DNA of 64,000 nucleotides from an uncultured Candidatus Saccharibacteria bacterium (GTDB taxonomy: Bacteria; Patescibacteriota; Saccharimonadia; Saccharimonadales; AWTP1-31): assembly GCA_964629815.1 (NCBI GenBank), contig CAZVTA010000002.1, forward strand, positions 66,096 through 130,095, in the 5' to 3' direction. Below, one piece after another: positions 17,147 through 28,586 of the stretch. The position numbers were made by a program, and so were the translations under genes. The notes beneath the pieces are model-generated. The model ran no database searches. It saw nothing but the letters and a program-made list of their open reading frames with translations, and was not told where the DNA came from. Each line of letters begins with the position of its first letter. Position 1 is the first letter of the stretch.

Positions 17147-19807
17147 CTATAAGTCACCCCAGTTGTCACCTATGGTTACATCTACGTCAAGCTTAACTGG
17201 GAGCTCGTAAATTGTTTCCATAGTTTCTTTAAGAATTTTACCAACCGACTTTGCCTCATCCGCTGGGCACTCTACTAAAATTGAATCATGAACCTGCAGC
17301 AACTGCTTACAGCTTTTTGGCAATTTCTCGTCTACTGCAATCATGGCCATTTTCATTAGATCTGCCTCAGTTCCTTGGATGGGCATATTCATTGCAGCGC
17401 GCTCTGCAGCGGCGCGAACCGCAAAATTACTGGACTTTATGTCCGGCATAGGGCGGCGGCGACCAAATAACGTCTCGACGTAGCCGTCGGTTCGAGCCTT
17501 TTCTTTTAGCTCATTAAGATACTTGAGGAGCGGCTTTCGTACTTCGAAATACTTATCGATGAAGTGTCTTGATTGTTCATACGTCATGCCTGTTGCTGCG
17601 CTCAGACCGTGCGGGCTCATACCGTACAAAACACCAAAATTGATAACCTTTGCATCACGGCGCATAGATTTCGTAACGTCTTCAGGGTCTCGTCCATACA
17701 CCTGTGCCGCTGTCATTGTATGGATGTCTACACCCCTATTAAAGACGTCTATCATGTCTGAATCTTTGGCGAGTACAGCAGCCAAGCGCAGCTCGAACTG
17801 GCTATAGTCAGCGCTTACGAGTTTATTACCCTTACCAGCAACAAAGGCGGTACGAATGCGCTTACCGAGCTCGGTTCGCACCGGTATGTTCTGCAAATTC
17901 GGATCAGTACTGCTTAGCCGGCCCGTTTGTGCAATCGTTAAGTTAAACGAAGTATGTACACGCGAATGTTCGTCAACCATGATTGGTAATGTATCTATGT
18001 AGGTGTTTTTGAGCTTCGTTACTTCACGGTATTGCGTAATCATGTCGATGATAGGATGCGCGCCCCGTAATTTATCAAGCTCGCTTGCGGCGGTACTGTA
18101 GCCAGTTTTACCCTTCTTTATTCCCGCAGTTTCTAAATGAAGCTTATTAAACAAAATATCCGCCAATTGACTTGGGCTACTAATGTTGAATTCTTGATCC
18201 GCAAATCCATATATTTGCTGTTGATAGTCGCTGATCATGTCGTCAACCTGGTCTGCCATCATATGTAAATAGTTTGTATCGAGCAAAATACCTTCGTACT
18301 CCATCCGAGCCAATACCGGTATAACCGGCCACTCGATATTTTTTGCAAGCTTTGCAACAGATGGTATTTTTTTCAGCTCTACTTTTTGCTGAGCAGCCAA
18401 CATACGAATCACCGCAATAGTTTCTGCTTCTTGGCCATGAGCATCATTTTTATACTCCATATGAATATTCAAATCTTCTGCTGCAAGCTCCGACAAAGAC
18501 TGCTCACGACGCAAACTATTGATCAAAAACGCACCAATCAGCACATCGTGATCTATCTTGGCGGGATATATGCCGAGGCTATACATAACTTGTAGCGTTG
18601 CTTTTATGTCGTAGCCTGCAAGCGGTGTTTTTTCGATAATATCGCCAAACTTTGCTTGTATAGATTCTTTACTCAGCGCCTTTACATCTAGTGTAATAAC
18701 ACTATCATCACCAAAAGACAGGCTTAGCGTCTGGGGTTTTTGCCCATGCGGCTTTTCACTAACAGAATGTACAAATATTGCTTCGCACGCAGGAATCGTA
18801 AGCTCTTTTAATGCATCTTCTGTATTTATATTCAGATTTTTGCCGACCACTAACTTTTGGTGATTACGTTTTGCGTCGACCGACTCGGGTACATGCATAT
18901 ATTCGGGCAACTGGCGCGCAAGCGTTCTAAATTCAAACTTTTCAAGTGTCTCGCGAACGCGCATTGGGTCAAGCGTATGGACATTGAGCGCCTTAAGATC
19001 AAGCTTCACTGGCGCGTCAGTCCAAATTGCTGCCAGCTTTTGACTTAAGTACGCTAAGTCTTTGCCGGCTTCTAGTTTTTTTCGAACAGAGTCTTTAACA
19101 AGCGCAAGGCTATCATATACACCGTCGAGTGATTTGAATTGTTTTAAAAGCTCAATCGCCCCTTTCTCCCCAATACCAGGAACACCCGGAATATTATCTG
19201 AGCTATCGCCTTTCAACGCTTTTAAATCTAAAAATTGGCTCGGTAGTAAACCGTATTTTTCGGTAAAGCTTTCTGGATGATACAGTTCTATGTTGCTTAA
19301 GCCCTTTTTGAGTGCATACACATTTACGTGCAGGTCAACAAGCTGCAGCATGTCCATATCCGACGTAATCAGCATGGTTTTTATATCTTTTGCAGTTGCT
19401 TGCACAGCCAAAGAGCCCATAATGTCATCTGCTTCATAATCGTCAAGCTCATACAGTGGCCAACCAAATGCATCGAGCAGCTCATGAAGTAAAGGTATCT
19501 GATCATAAAAATCTTGTGGAGGTGGCTTACGCCCCGCTTTATATTCTGGATACATTGCAAGGCGTTTTCGAATATTCGTCTTGGGCTTATCCCATGCAAC
19601 ACACACGTAGTCTGGCTGCAGTCGTTTTATTACTTCGAGCGCCATAACAGCAAAACCATATACACCACCAGTCGGTGTACCATCTTTTGTGCTCAGTCCG
19701 GGCATTGCATAGTAGCCACGATAGAACACACTCTTGCCATCGATTATGGCCAAAGTCTTGCGATTACTCACCTCTGTCATACTAACAGTATACGCTATAC
19801 GGTTCAT
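17147..19807 (-). CDS. polA: DNA polymerase I
   Basis: 5' nuclease domain ([26 protein letters not shown]). Pol motifs A ([15 protein letters not shown]), B ([16 protein letters not shown]) and C ([11 protein letters not shown]). Confidence 0.95.
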   Translation of the reverse strand: MNRIAYTVSMTEVSNRKTLAIIDGKSVFYRGYYAMPGLSTKDGTPTGGVYGFAVMALEVIKRLQPDYVCVAWDKPKTNIRKRLAMYPEYKAGRKPPPQDFYDQIPLLHELLDAFGWPLYELDDYEADDIMGSLAVQATAKDIKTMLITSDMDMLQLVDLHVNVYALKKGLSNIELYHPESFTEKYGLLPSQFLDLKALKGDSSDNIPGVPGIGEKGAIELLKQFKSLDGVYDSLALVKDSVRKKLEAGKDLAYLSQKLAAIWTDAPVKLDLKALNVHTLDPMRVRETLEKFEFRTLARQLPEYMHVPESVDAKRNHQKLVVGKNLNINTEDALKELTIPACEAIFVHSVSEKPHGQKPQTLSLSFGDDSVITLDVKALSKESIQAKFGDIIEKTPLAGYDIKATLQVMYSLGIYPAKIDHDVLIGAFLINSLRREQSLSELAAEDLNIHMEYKNDAHGQEAETIAVIRMLAAQQKVELKKIPSVAKLAKNIEWPVIPVLARMEYEGILLDTNYLHMMADQVDDMISDYQQQIYGFADQEFNISSPSQLADILFNKLHLETAGIKKGKTGYSTAASELDKLRGAHPIIDMITQYREVTKLKNTYIDTLPIMVDEHSRVHTSFNLTIAQTGRLSSTDPNLQNIPVRTELGKRIRTAFVAGKGNKLVSADYSQFELRLAAVLAKDSDMIDVFNRGVDIHTMTAAQVYGRDPEDVTKSMRRDAKVINFGVLYGMSPHGLSAATGMTYEQSRHFIDKYFEVRKPLLKYLNELKEKARTDGYVETLFGRRRPMPDIKSSNFAVRAAAERAAMNMPIQGTEADLMKMAMIAVDEKLPKSCKQLLQVHDSILVECPADEAKSVGKILKETMETIYELPVKLDVDVTIGDNWGDL

Positions 19808-21072
19808 GAACTAGGCACATCTAGGAATCTACCACGTTGACCCTTATAATGACGGCGAAGTTTTGATAGTGCTTTTGCCTCAATTTGGCGAATACGCTCA
19901 CGACTAACATCAAACTCTTTGCCAATCTCCTCAAGGGTCATACTTTCTACACCCAAGCCAAAACGACGCCTCACCACATACAACTCTCGCTCATCAAGCA
20001 CAGATTTCAGTTCTTCGCCTACAGGTTTTGTCATCAAGAAAGTCTCAAGTTCTTCAAAATCCGCGGCAGCCTGAGTATCTGGTATACGTTCGCCAAAAGA
20101 AAGCGAATCTGGCGAATCATCGAGCGGCGCATCGAACGAGGCCAATGAACCCTTCTTCCAGACCAACAATTGTACTAGCTTGTCAGTACTCAAGCCAACC
20201 ATAAACGCAACCTCCTCGAGTGTATATTTTCTGTAATCTCCTGTACGGGGATCACGTATTGTTGCACCAAGTAATCTTGTTGCTGCATTTAGCACCTCCC
20301 CAGAATGCACTGGCAAGCGAACAGTCCGTCCTGTATTGGCTATTCCACGTGTAACTGCTTGGCGAATCCACCAGGTTGCGTAGGTACTAAATTTAAAACC
20401 CTTACGGTATTCAAACTTATCTATAGCGTGCTCCAGGCCAAGATTACCTTCTTGGATTAAGTCCATTAAAGGAAGACCCATGTTCTGGTACCGCTTAGCT
20501 ATCGATACAACAAGTCTAAGATTCGCATTTATAAAACGCTGCTTCGCTTCGTCTGCACGTACCACCTGCTTCTCAAGAGCCCTTCTCGTCTGTGCATCAA
20601 GTGCTTTATCAGATCCTAGCTTTATACGTGCTTCAGCGCCTTCGTTAATTAATTTCGCGAGTTCAACCTCCTGCCCTTTAGTGAGTAGTGGATACTTTCC
20701 AATTTCATCAAGATATATTCTTACCGGATCGATGTTCTCACTATTGTCTTCCGCTCGAGAGCCTTTTGACTGTCGTGTCGTTTTTTTAATTGCTATAACC
20801 GGCTGAAGAACAGCATCAACTGTTCGTCTGCCTAGACGAGCTTCTCTTCGGGCACGCGCACTTTCAAGACGAACACTACGCGGAGGCAAGTTATCACCAC
20901 TCCGACTTACTACCGGCTCGATTACTTCACCAGTGGCCACGTGGTGCACGTCTTCTTCAAATGCATACAGCGCATCCACTTGCTCTGCATCTAATTCAAC
21001 GCCGTACTCTAACGCGCCATTTTCGCTTGCCTCAGCTACGATTGGCTCATGCTCAGGATTTATAACTGACAC
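19804..21072 (-). CDS. RNA polymerase sigma-70 family factor (second group 1/2-like paralogue)
   Basis: Regions 1.2-4.2 are present ([55 protein letters not shown]). The TGA stop overlaps the polA ATG (ATGA at 19804-19807). Confidence 0.9.
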   Translation of the reverse strand: MSVINPEHEPIVAEASENGALEYGVELDAEQVDALYAFEEDVHHVATGEVIEPVVSRSGDNLPPRSVRLESARARREARLGRRTVDAVLQPVIAIKKTTRQSKGSRAEDNSENIDPVRIYLDEIGKYPLLTKGQEVELAKLINEGAEARIKLGSDKALDAQTRRALEKQVVRADEAKQRFINANLRLVVSIAKRYQNMGLPLMDLIQEGNLGLEHAIDKFEYRKGFKFSTYATWWIRQAVTRGIANTGRTVRLPVHSGEVLNAATRLLGATIRDPRTGDYRKYTLEEVAFMVGLSTDKLVQLLVWKKGSLASFDAPLDDSPDSLSFGERIPDTQAAADFEELETFLMTKPVGEELKSVLDERELYVVRRRFGLGVESMTLEEIGKEFDVSRERIRQIEAKALSKLRRHYKGQRGRFLDVPSS

Positions 21073-21244
21073 AATAGCTCCTTGTCATTGGTGATATAAA
21101 TTGTAGAATCTAATGTACCATTTCTACAACAATGATTATAAAAATTACAAACTGCTATACTCTGCGCACAGAAATAACCCGCCGAAAATCTATTTCAATG
21201 TAATAATTAACTTGGATTATGTAAGCGTTGCATATGATACATCT

Positions 21245-21814
21245 TTAGGCCAGAATACTTTGCAGTCGTTCCGTGACTTCTTGTTTGAATGCTTCTATAT
21301 CACTACCGTTGTTCTCGATAATAACGTCTGCGCGCTCTTTGACGGCAGACATGTTCAGCGTGGCGGCATCGCCAACCGGATGCATTTCGCGTTCTTCTTC
21401 GGCAATAAATTGTTCAAATGTTTTTTTGTCTTCTATCCGACCTCGGTCGTTCGCAGATATTCGGTCGAACCGAACTCTTGGATCTGCGTCTACCCATATA
21501 ACAGTGCCGCCGAGTTCGTGCACCTTGTCTGCCTCACCCGGATGACGTAAGCTGCCAACCACAAGTCCCTTATGAGTGTTTTTGTCAAAAAGCTGTACTG
21601 CTTTATCGACAATAGCCGACATACCGTACTCTCTTCGCCACTCGGCACTCAGATTAGCCTTGTTTTCTCTTTCGTGCGATAGTCCGCGCTTAGTTAGCTG
21701 GTCGCCCAGCATTTTTGTTGCATCAGCATGTAAAAAGCCAAAAGACTCCGCAAGCACATGCGCAATCGTATCTTTACCAGAGCCATTTGTACCCGATAGT
21801 CCGATAATTACCAT
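21245..21814 (-). CDS. P-loop nucleotide kinase-like protein (dNMP-kinase/CoaE-like)
   Basis: Walker A is GLSGTNGSGKDT, and the size is 189 aa. Substrate not assignable from sequence. Confidence 0.6.
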   Translation of the reverse strand: MVIIGLSGTNGSGKDTIAHVLAESFGFLHADATKMLGDQLTKRGLSHERENKANLSAEWRREYGMSAIVDKAVQLFDKNTHKGLVVGSLRHPGEADKVHELGGTVIWVDADPRVRFDRISANDRGRIEDKKTFEQFIAEEEREMHPVGDAATLNMSAVKERADVIIENNGSDIEAFKQEVTERLQSILA

Positions 21815-21822
21815 AGAGATCC

Positions 21823-22950
21823 CTACTTTATATAGTCGTGCAGTTTTTTAGCATCTTTATGTTTGCGTAGTTTGGCAAGTGCCTTTGCTTCAATTTGGCG
21901 AATACGCTCACGGGTGACATTAAACTCTTGGCCTACTTCTTCAAGCGTATGACTTTTGCCATCTTCAAGCCCAAAGCGAAGCTTCAGTATTTTCTGTTCT
22001 CGCTCGGTTAGAGCACCCAGCATATCTTTGACATGCTCTTTCAATAGCTGCCCTGTAGCCGATTCTTCTGGGCTTACCGTATCTTCATCTTCAATAAAAT
22101 CACCAAGCACACTATCTTCTTCGTCGTCACGCACACTGGCATCAAGACTTGAGATATCTTGTTTAATCTTCATAATGTGCTCAACTTTTTCAACTTCGAT
22201 TTCCATCGCCTTGGCAATCTCTTCATTCGTTGGCTCTCGGTTGAGTTCTTGTGTGAGGCGGCGCTGTGTTCGTAGCAACTTGTTGATGGTCTCGACCATA
22301 TGCACCGGAATACGAATTGTTCGTGCTTGGTCGGCAATTGCTCGTGTGATTGCTTGGCGAATCCACCAGGTTGCATAGGTACTAAATTTAAAACCCTTGT
22401 CCGGGTCAAATTTCTCAACCGCACGCAAAAGACCGGTATTTCCCTCTTGGATTAAGTCTAGAAGATCCAAACCTCGACCAACATAACGCTTCGCAATACT
22501 CACTACCAAACGCATATTAGCCTCTGCCATTTTGTCTTTGGCATCCTTCTCTCCCGCAACCACTCGTTTTGCAAGCTCTAGCTCTTCATCTGCCTTTAAC
22601 AGAGGTATCTTACCAATTTCACGCAAATACAATCGTACCGAATCATCAGCGACATCATCTAGATAAACCTGGTCATTCAAGACAATCTCTTCACCATCTT
22701 CTGCCGACCAGTCATCATTACCATCTCCATTTGGTCCACCAGTAATTTTTATACCGTTGTCGGCGAGTTCGGTGTACAGCTTATCGAGAATATCTGCGTT
22801 GTCTGGGGTATCTGCAATAACCGCAGAAATATCACGTTGATCAATTTTGCCATCTTTTTTCGCTTTTTTAAGTAGCTCGTCTTTAACCACTTCAAGCGAC
22901 GGAACTGGTTCTTCTGCTGGAGTTTTTGACTTCTTACCGGGCATGCACAT
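21823..22950 (-). CDS. rpoD: RNA polymerase primary-type sigma factor
   Basis: [48 protein letters not shown] and [24 protein letters not shown]. Lies immediately downstream of dnaG, as in the classical MMS arrangement. Confidence 0.9.
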   Translation of the reverse strand: MCMPGKKSKTPAEEPVPSLEVVKDELLKKAKKDGKIDQRDISAVIADTPDNADILDKLYTELADNGIKITGGPNGDGNDDWSAEDGEEIVLNDQVYLDDVADDSVRLYLREIGKIPLLKADEELELAKRVVAGEKDAKDKMAEANMRLVVSIAKRYVGRGLDLLDLIQEGNTGLLRAVEKFDPDKGFKFSTYATWWIRQAITRAIADQARTIRIPVHMVETINKLLRTQRRLTQELNREPTNEEIAKAMEIEVEKVEHIMKIKQDISSLDASVRDDEEDSVLGDFIEDEDTVSPEESATGQLLKEHVKDMLGALTEREQKILKLRFGLEDGKSHTLEEVGQEFNVTRERIRQIEAKALAKLRKHKDAKKLHDYIK

Positions 22951-24700
22951 TCTCCTTTACGGTTTTTAGTAGTACGTCCATTTTCTTTGCTGCCGCGAGT
23001 AGCCGGTGCATATCTTCTTCGTTAGCAGTCTGCATAGCTGCGGCAATTTTATTTTTTATATTTTTTACATATGTCTCTATCAGCCGGAGTTGTAAGCGCG
23101 ATACTTCATATCGCAGCTCTACTACATCGAGGGTCTGATAGTACTCTTCATACAATAATTTTAAAATTGTACCATATTCGTCTAGTTCAGGCAAAAGCAC
23201 TCCTGTGCTAGTATCAGCCACATTAAAGCTTTCGTTTGCCTTGAGAAAATTAAGTAATTTCCCCGCTCGCTCATCGGGTAGCATTTCGGGCGTTACAACA
23301 TACATAAACGATCTCAAGCTTGGCAACACATATATCAGCGCTATGAACTGATTTTGTGCTCGCGCCAGCTCCGCGTTTGTTTTGGGTACGTGTTTTGTTT
23401 TTATTATTTTTTTCTTTGAGGATACTTGTGCTTTTGCTTGGGTCATTTTTTGGTGCAATGCATCAACATGTACCCCAAGCATGTGTGCTATTTCTGTTTC
23501 ATAATGGCTACGCTCTACCGTGTCGGTAATTGCCTGAATAAGCGGCGCAACTTGGTCGCTAAATTGGCGCTTGCCTTGCGCGGTAGATATATCAACGAGG
23601 CTTTTGTATCGATCGATAATCCAGTCAATGGCATACTGGTTTTTATGTACTACATCCCTCCAGACTTCCGGACTTTTTTTGACAAGTTCGTCGGGATCTT
23701 TGCCATCAGGAACAGTAATCATACTCAAATTAACGCCAACTTTGCTCGCAATAGGTATCGCCCGTTCGGTAGCCGTAAGCCCGGCTCGGTCTTGATCGAA
23801 CGCCAAACGGACATCTGAAGTAAAGCGCCCAATCGTTTTTAAATGTTGCTCGGTTAACGCAGTCCCTGCCGTGGCAACAACATTAAGAACTCCAGCTTGG
23901 TGACTCGCAATTACATCTAAGTTTCCTTCTACAACAACCGCGAAGTCATCTTTCCTCATTTGATCTTTCGCTAAGTGCAAGCCAAATACATGGCGACTTT
24001 TGTCATATAGGGCGGTAGCGGGTGTATTGATATATTTCGGTGCATTCTTATCATCATTTAGCAATCGAGCCGTAAAACCAACCACATTACCCGTTTGATC
24101 CATGAGTGGCACCATAAGCCTTCCCCGAAACATATCACCCATCCCCCGGTAGCGCTGGGTAGCCAAGCCTGCTTTTTTAAGCTCATCAACGGAGTATCCT
24201 TTTTTCTTTAAGAATACCACCAAAGCATCATCAGAGTCGGGAGAATATCCAAGACGAAACGTCGTTGCCGTCTCTTTGGTATATCCGCGCTTGTTAAGAA
24301 CATACTCGAGCACAGTTTTGTTTTTCGATAGGTGCAACTGATAGAATTTTGTTGCTAGCTCCAGAGCACTAAGAAGCCGTTCTTTTTGTTTGCTACCTGT
24401 TCCAGGTTTGGTGTTTTTATATGTATCAAGATCAACTCCTGCTTGCCGCGCCAACTGTTCAAGAGCTGCTCGAAAATCTACGCCTTCGACTTCCATAACA
24501 AAACTAAACATGTCGCCACCCTTACCACTGCTAAAGTCGTGCCATATCTGCTTTTCAGGGCTTACCATCAAACTAGCGGTTTTTTCATTGCTAAACGGGC
24601 TCAGGGCTTTAAAATTTCGCCCCGAACGTTTGAGCTCAAGATATTGACTTACCACATCTTCAATACTCAAACGACCTTTAATGTCTTCAACCGCATCCAT
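22934..24700 (-). CDS. dnaG: DNA primase DnaG (zinc-ribbon ligands substituted)
   Basis: N-terminal primase zinc-ribbon-like segment ([30 protein letters not shown]). TOPRIM segment reads [16 protein letters not shown] and FDQDRAG. Overlaps the rpoD start by 17 nt. Confidence 0.9.
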   Translation of the reverse strand: MDAVEDIKGRLSIEDVVSQYLELKRSGRNFKALSPFSNEKTASLMVSPEKQIWHDFSSGKGGDMFSFVMEVEGVDFRAALEQLARQAGVDLDTYKNTKPGTGSKQKERLLSALELATKFYQLHLSKNKTVLEYVLNKRGYTKETATTFRLGYSPDSDDALVVFLKKKGYSVDELKKAGLATQRYRGMGDMFRGRLMVPLMDQTGNVVGFTARLLNDDKNAPKYINTPATALYDKSRHVFGLHLAKDQMRKDDFAVVVEGNLDVIASHQAGVLNVVATAGTALTEQHLKTIGRFTSDVRLAFDQDRAGLTATERAIPIASKVGVNLSMITVPDGKDPDELVKKSPEVWRDVVHKNQYAIDWIIDRYKSLVDISTAQGKRQFSDQVAPLIQAITDTVERSHYETEIAHMLGVHVDALHQKMTQAKAQVSSKKKIIKTKHVPKTNAELARAQNQFIALIYVLPSLRSFMYVVTPEMLPDERAGKLLNFLKANESFNVADTSTGVLLPELDEYGTILKLLYEEYYQTLDVVELRYEVSRLQLRLIETYVKNIKNKIAAAMQTANEEDMHRLLAAAKKMDVLLKTVKENVHAR

Positions 24701-24756
24701 AGCTATAGTCTATAGCTAGTGTGATAAACCTGAAAGCATAAGTATCTTATTTAGGA

Positions 24757-25155
24757 CTAGGCCGCATTGCCTAATGTAGTTCTATCAATCAAAGCACCAA
24801 GAGCCTTGTCTCCAACTGCCTTTGCGACCGATGTACTTTCGGTACCACGCCGTCTTCGTTCGACAGAACCATCTGGGTTCTTTACATCATACTCCATGTT
24901 CGTTGCTGTCCTTCCTGTGGTTTTATTAACCCTGGTTGACAGATCGGTTCCCCCGTCAGTTTCATGCCTAAAACTTACAGCACTAGGACTTTCAGACATT
25001 CGCGTATTCAGTCCATTACCCACACCAACCGTCTCTGACGTGATCCCAAAATCACTAGACACTGTGCCATCTGCACCGTTTCGGACAAGTTCTTTTGCTA
25101 CACTAAACTGGGTTTGTGCTGTGTCAATTGGATTTTGCTGTATTTGCTCGCTCAT
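24757..25155 (-). CDS. hypothetical protein (T/S/G-rich, soluble)
   Basis: 132-aa ORF in a gap between confident genes. No motif recognised. Confidence 0.5.
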   Translation of the reverse strand: MSEQIQQNPIDTAQTQFSVAKELVRNGADGTVSSDFGITSETVGVGNGLNTRMSESPSAVSFRHETDGGTDLSTRVNKTTGRTATNMEYDVKNPDGSVERRRRGTESTSVAKAVGDKALGALIDRTTLGNAA

Positions 25156-25271
25156 AGTTTTTTTGTTTCCTTTATTTTTGCAAAACTACACCTAGTTTAT
25201 CATGCTCGTGCTTTTTTGTCAATGCCATGGCCTGAGCTTAGATATATTCGATTACAAAAACTGCTACAATA

Positions 25272-25880
25272 GTGCTTATGCAGCCTGAACAACCGAATTC
25301 CAATCCATACGATTTCATATTCAACGCGCCAGAGCAACCTAAACAATCTCGTTTTCCGGTGCCGCGCGGTAATTCAATTAAAAGCCGGGTTCTACTCGTT
25401 GTAGGCGGCATCGTAGCTCTTATTGTCGTTGTGATTCTTGTACTTTCCTTGCTCGGAAGCGGTGATAAGGCAAATGCAAATAGATTGCTCGAGATAGCAC
25501 AAACGCAGACTGAAATTATTCGCATAGCAGATGGTGCTCGCACCAAAGCCCGTAGCAAGGCCGCACTTAACCTTGCAACCAATGTCAGTGCAACCATCTC
25601 TTCCTCGCAACAAGCAATCATTCCACTCGTAAAGGATGCAGGCCTAAAGACAGACACAAAGCAGTTAGCACTGAAACAAAACAGTAGCACTGACAAAACA
25701 CTTCAGGCAGCGAGCGAGAATGGTCAATATGACCAAGCATTTCAGGAAGAGATCATGAAGGAAGTCACTGCCTACAAGCAACTCCTTAAAGACACATACC
25801 AAATAAGTACTAAAGAAAAGCAAAAAAATGTGCTAAACACTGCTTACGAAAACGCAGCCACCCTCTTGAGTGAAGATTAA
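25272..25880 (+). CDS. hypothetical N-terminally anchored protein
   Basis: A short Pro/Gln-rich cytoplasmic head, then TM VLLVVGGIVALIVVVILVLSLL, then a helical ectodomain. GTG at 25272 or ATG at 25278. Confidence 0.6.
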   Translation: MLMQPEQPNSNPYDFIFNAPEQPKQSRFPVPRGNSIKSRVLLVVGGIVALIVVVILVLSLLGSGDKANANRLLEIAQTQTEIIRIADGARTKARSKAALNLATNVSATISSSQQAIIPLVKDAGLKTDTKQLALKQNSSTDKTLQAASENGQYDQAFQEEIMKEVTAYKQLLKDTYQISTKEKQKNVLNTAYENAATLLSED

Positions 25881-26218
25881 AAATCTGGTGTTTCTGCGGC
25901 TGTTTTTGTAACAAGATTATAGCTGTGTCGAATAAGGTCTTGCACTTCTTCCCAACTAAGCTGACCAGTCAACACAATTGTATTCCAATGCTTCTTGTTT
26001 AAATGATAGCCCGGCATAACAGTTTCGTATTTTTCGCGCAGGAGCGTCGCGAGACGCGGATCGCATTTAAGACTTATCCGCACCGGCGAAGACTTCTCTG
26101 TCAATAAAGCGAACATCTTGTCGCCCGCCTTGTATACCGCCACACCCTCGCCAAACGGATAGTCTAACACCGCGTTGGGCATAGATAAGATATAGTCCTC
26201 TACCTGTTTATGATTCAT
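25877..26218 (-). CDS. MmcQ/YjbR family protein
   Basis: Pattern YPFGEGVAVYKAGDKMFALL ... PGYHLNKKHWNTIVL is typical of the YjbR family. Confidence 0.7.
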   Translation of the reverse strand: MNHKQVEDYILSMPNAVLDYPFGEGVAVYKAGDKMFALLTEKSSPVRISLKCDPRLATLLREKYETVMPGYHLNKKHWNTIVLTGQLSWEEVQDLIRHSYNLVTKTAAETPDF

Positions 26219-26762
26219 TGTCCGTTAAAACACTTAAATAATGTTGCAACTCAGCAATGCTTGCCTGAATATCATCAAAAGCGCGGTGCACTTCTTTCTT
26301 CTCAAACACAACACCATATTTACCCTGCATCACGATTTTCAAGCTACTTACATCAAGCATTCGATAGTGCAGCTTCACATCTAGTTCGGGCCAATAACGC
26401 TTAATAAACAAACGATCATTCCATATTGAGTTGCCAGCTAACACTACCGGCTCAGCCCCAAAATGTTCCTTGAGAAGTACGATCAACTCTTTTTCAACTT
26501 CCTCAATATCTTTTCCGTCATCAAGTCTGTGTAGAAAATCATCTCGATTGTGCGGATATTGCTGCCACCAGTTGTTTGCCTGCATACGCTTAACCACGAC
26601 ATCTCGTGGCTGCCTTACACGCGCCTCATAACTAGCAAGTGTCTTGAAGTTAAAGTCTGTTATTTCGGCCGCTATCTCAAGGATGACGTCGTTTTGGGTA
26701 TCAAGACCAGTCATCTCAAGATCCACCCAGAGCAGTTTTGTTGGTATGGCGTTCTTGTTCAT
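26208..26762 (-). CDS. orn: oligoribonuclease
   Basis: DEDDh exonuclease motifs LLWVDLEMTGLD, AGNSIWNDRLF and HRAFDDIQASIAEL. 184 aa. Confidence 0.85.
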   Translation of the reverse strand: MNKNAIPTKLLWVDLEMTGLDTQNDVILEIAAEITDFNFKTLASYEARVRQPRDVVVKRMQANNWWQQYPHNRDDFLHRLDDGKDIEEVEKELIVLLKEHFGAEPVVLAGNSIWNDRLFIKRYWPELDVKLHYRMLDVSSLKIVMQGKYGVVFEKKEVHRAFDDIQASIAELQHYLSVLTDNES

Positions 26763-26818
26763 ATCGGTTATTGTACCAGATAATTTCTTATACGCCCCCG
26801 TCTATACCCTACTAGAAC

Positions 26819-27451
26819 CTATATGATTAGTTCTACGTCTTCTTTCGTCCGTCGCACTTTCGGCATTTCTGCAAATTTATCATCGGCTCGGTATCCAAAG
26901 GCAATTGCATACACACTTGCTAAGTTCTTGCTTTTTAAATCGAGGATTTCATCATACTTTTCCCTGTTAAAGCCCTCCATAGGACCAGTATCAACACCCA
27001 ACAGCGCAGCAGTTTCAACCATAATACCAAGCGGAATATACGTTTGTCCTGAAACCCATTTATCTAACTGTGCATCGTCAAGGCTTGCGATAAAACCACT
27101 TACCATATCTTCTAGTCCCTTCAACGACTCTTTGTTAACATTTTGTGTTTTTGCTGTCCGCGAGATGAGATCACGCGTTAATGCTTCTCGTGCATCTGTT
27201 CGTTTGGCAACCACAACATAGTGCGAAGCGTCAATAATTTTGGGCAGACCACTTGCTTCATCGTGCAAGCGCTGGCGAACCGCTTTATCTTGCACAAATA
27301 CAAACTTCCATGGCTCGACACCGAAAGGGCTAGGCGCCAATCGTGCTGATTCAAGTATGGTCTGAAACACATTTTCATCAAGTTTTTTTGAGATATCAAA
27401 TTGCTTCACAGCATAACGCCAGTTAAGGGCTTTGATAATATCTTTCTGCAT
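26819..27451 (-). CDS. nitroreductase-family NAD(P)H oxidoreductase
   Basis: LNWRYAVKQFD and ARLAPSPFGVEPWKFVFV are typical nitroreductase-fold signatures. Confidence 0.8.
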   Translation of the reverse strand: MQKDIIKALNWRYAVKQFDISKKLDENVFQTILESARLAPSPFGVEPWKFVFVQDKAVRQRLHDEASGLPKIIDASHYVVVAKRTDAREALTRDLISRTAKTQNVNKESLKGLEDMVSGFIASLDDAQLDKWVSGQTYIPLGIMVETAALLGVDTGPMEGFNREKYDEILDLKSKNLASVYAIAFGYRADDKFAEMPKVRRTKEDVELII

Positions 27452-27525
27452 AGAAACTCCTGTGCTATACTTTTTATAGTAACAAAGCTAATATTACTCT
27501 GAGTTACTATACTTTGTAAAGTGCT

Positions 27526-27846
27526 ATGAAAAGATTATTCTCTCTCGAACCAAAATCAGGATGTATTGCCCAAGCATCAACTATACTTGGCAATAAATGG
27601 ACTGCCCTGCTATTGCGTGATCTCGCAACAGGAACGAAACGCTTTTGCGAACTAGAACGATCACTTACAGGGATCAGCCCTCGTACATTATCTCAGCGAC
27701 TTGACGATCTTGTTGATAATGAAATAATTACAAAGCACGTCTTCAATGAGGGTGCGCCACACACCGAGTACGGCCTCACCGACAAAGGAAAGGACCTATT
27801 GCCAATCCTGAAACAGATGGCGCATTGGGGGGCCAAATATAGCTAA
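27526..27846 (+). CDS. HxlR-family transcriptional regulator
   Basis: [13 protein letters not shown]...[29 protein letters not shown]. Divergent from the nitroreductase gene, a classic HxlR pairing. Confidence 0.85.
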   Translation: MKRLFSLEPKSGCIAQASTILGNKWTALLLRDLATGTKRFCELERSLTGISPRTLSQRLDDLVDNEIITKHVFNEGAPHTEYGLTDKGKDLLPILKQMAHWGAKYS

Positions 27847-28235
27847 GCCTTAGTTTTTTTCGATTTAAAATTGAGGCTTACTGAATTTATACAATATCGC
27901 TGCCCTGTTGGCTGATCATAGGCGTCGTCGAACAGATGACCCAAATGACTTTGGCATTGTGCACATACAACCTCCGTTCTATGAAGGCCATGAGAATTAT
28001 CATCGACCAGTTTTACAGCCCCTTTAGATATAACGTCAAAAAAGCTGGGCCAGCCGCTTCCACTGTCGAACTTTGTATCACTGCTAAACAACTCGGCACC
28101 ACACGCAGCACAAACATACATACCACGCCCTGCATTATGAAGCAACTTACCCGTAAATGGCTGTTCTGTGGCTTTTTCTCGCAATACCGCGTATTGTTCG
28201 GGCGTAAGTTTTTTCCGCCAATCTTGGTCCTTCAA
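27843..28235 (-). CDS. msrB: peptide-methionine (R)-S-oxide reductase
   Basis: [26 protein letters not shown] and [19 protein letters not shown]. Confidence 0.92.
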   Translation of the reverse strand: MKDQDWRKKLTPEQYAVLREKATEQPFTGKLLHNAGRGMYVCAACGAELFSSDTKFDSGSGWPSFFDVISKGAVKLVDDNSHGLHRTEVVCAQCQSHLGHLFDDAYDQPTGQRYCINSVSLNFKSKKTKA

Positions 28236-28238
28236 GAA

Positions 28239-28577
28239 TTATTTTTCCTTTTTCTTATCAAGTTTATCGAGCTTTAGACCGTGAACTATATAGTAAATTA
28301 CCGCAGCGGTAGCAAGTAGTGTAATGAGTGAAGATAGTATAGGGCCCCAACCAATAATCAACTCACGGCTCGATGAAGCACTCTTCCTTACAATCACCCA
28401 TTTTGATCCATTCAAGTTTGTACCACCCAAAATAAAGCCGACGATAGGATTAATAAAACCATCGACTATCGCCTTAACCGAAGAGCCAGCAGCAGTTCCA
28501 ATTGCAAGACCAATAGCCAAGCCTACCACTCCTTGTTCACGCACAAAATCCATAAATCCTCTGAGCTGTCTGTTCAT
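28239..28577 (-). CDS. mscL: large-conductance mechanosensitive channel
   Basis: FMDFVREQGVVGLAIGLAIGTAAG...INPIVG, with two TM helices. 112 aa. Confidence 0.85.
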   Translation of the reverse strand: MNRQLRGFMDFVREQGVVGLAIGLAIGTAAGSSVKAIVDGFINPIVGFILGGTNLNGSKWVIVRKSASSSRELIIGWGPILSSLITLLATAAVIYYIVHGLKLDKLDKKKEK

Positions 28578-28586
28578 ATAGTCTCC

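Noticed and set aside
21113-21550. 145-aa plus-strand ORF starting in the sigma-factor upstream region and running antisense through the kinase gene.
   Set aside because: It has AT-rich, N/Y/F-rich translation and overlaps a P-loop kinase ORF with a clean Walker A. It is most likely promoter DNA plus a shadow frame.
25238-25696. 152-aa minus-strand ORF overlapping 25272..25880.
   Set aside because: The plus-strand frame gives the head-TM-ectodomain architecture seen repeatedly in this window. The minus-strand frame is Cys/Ser-rich with no features. Only one can be real, and the plus strand is more plausible.
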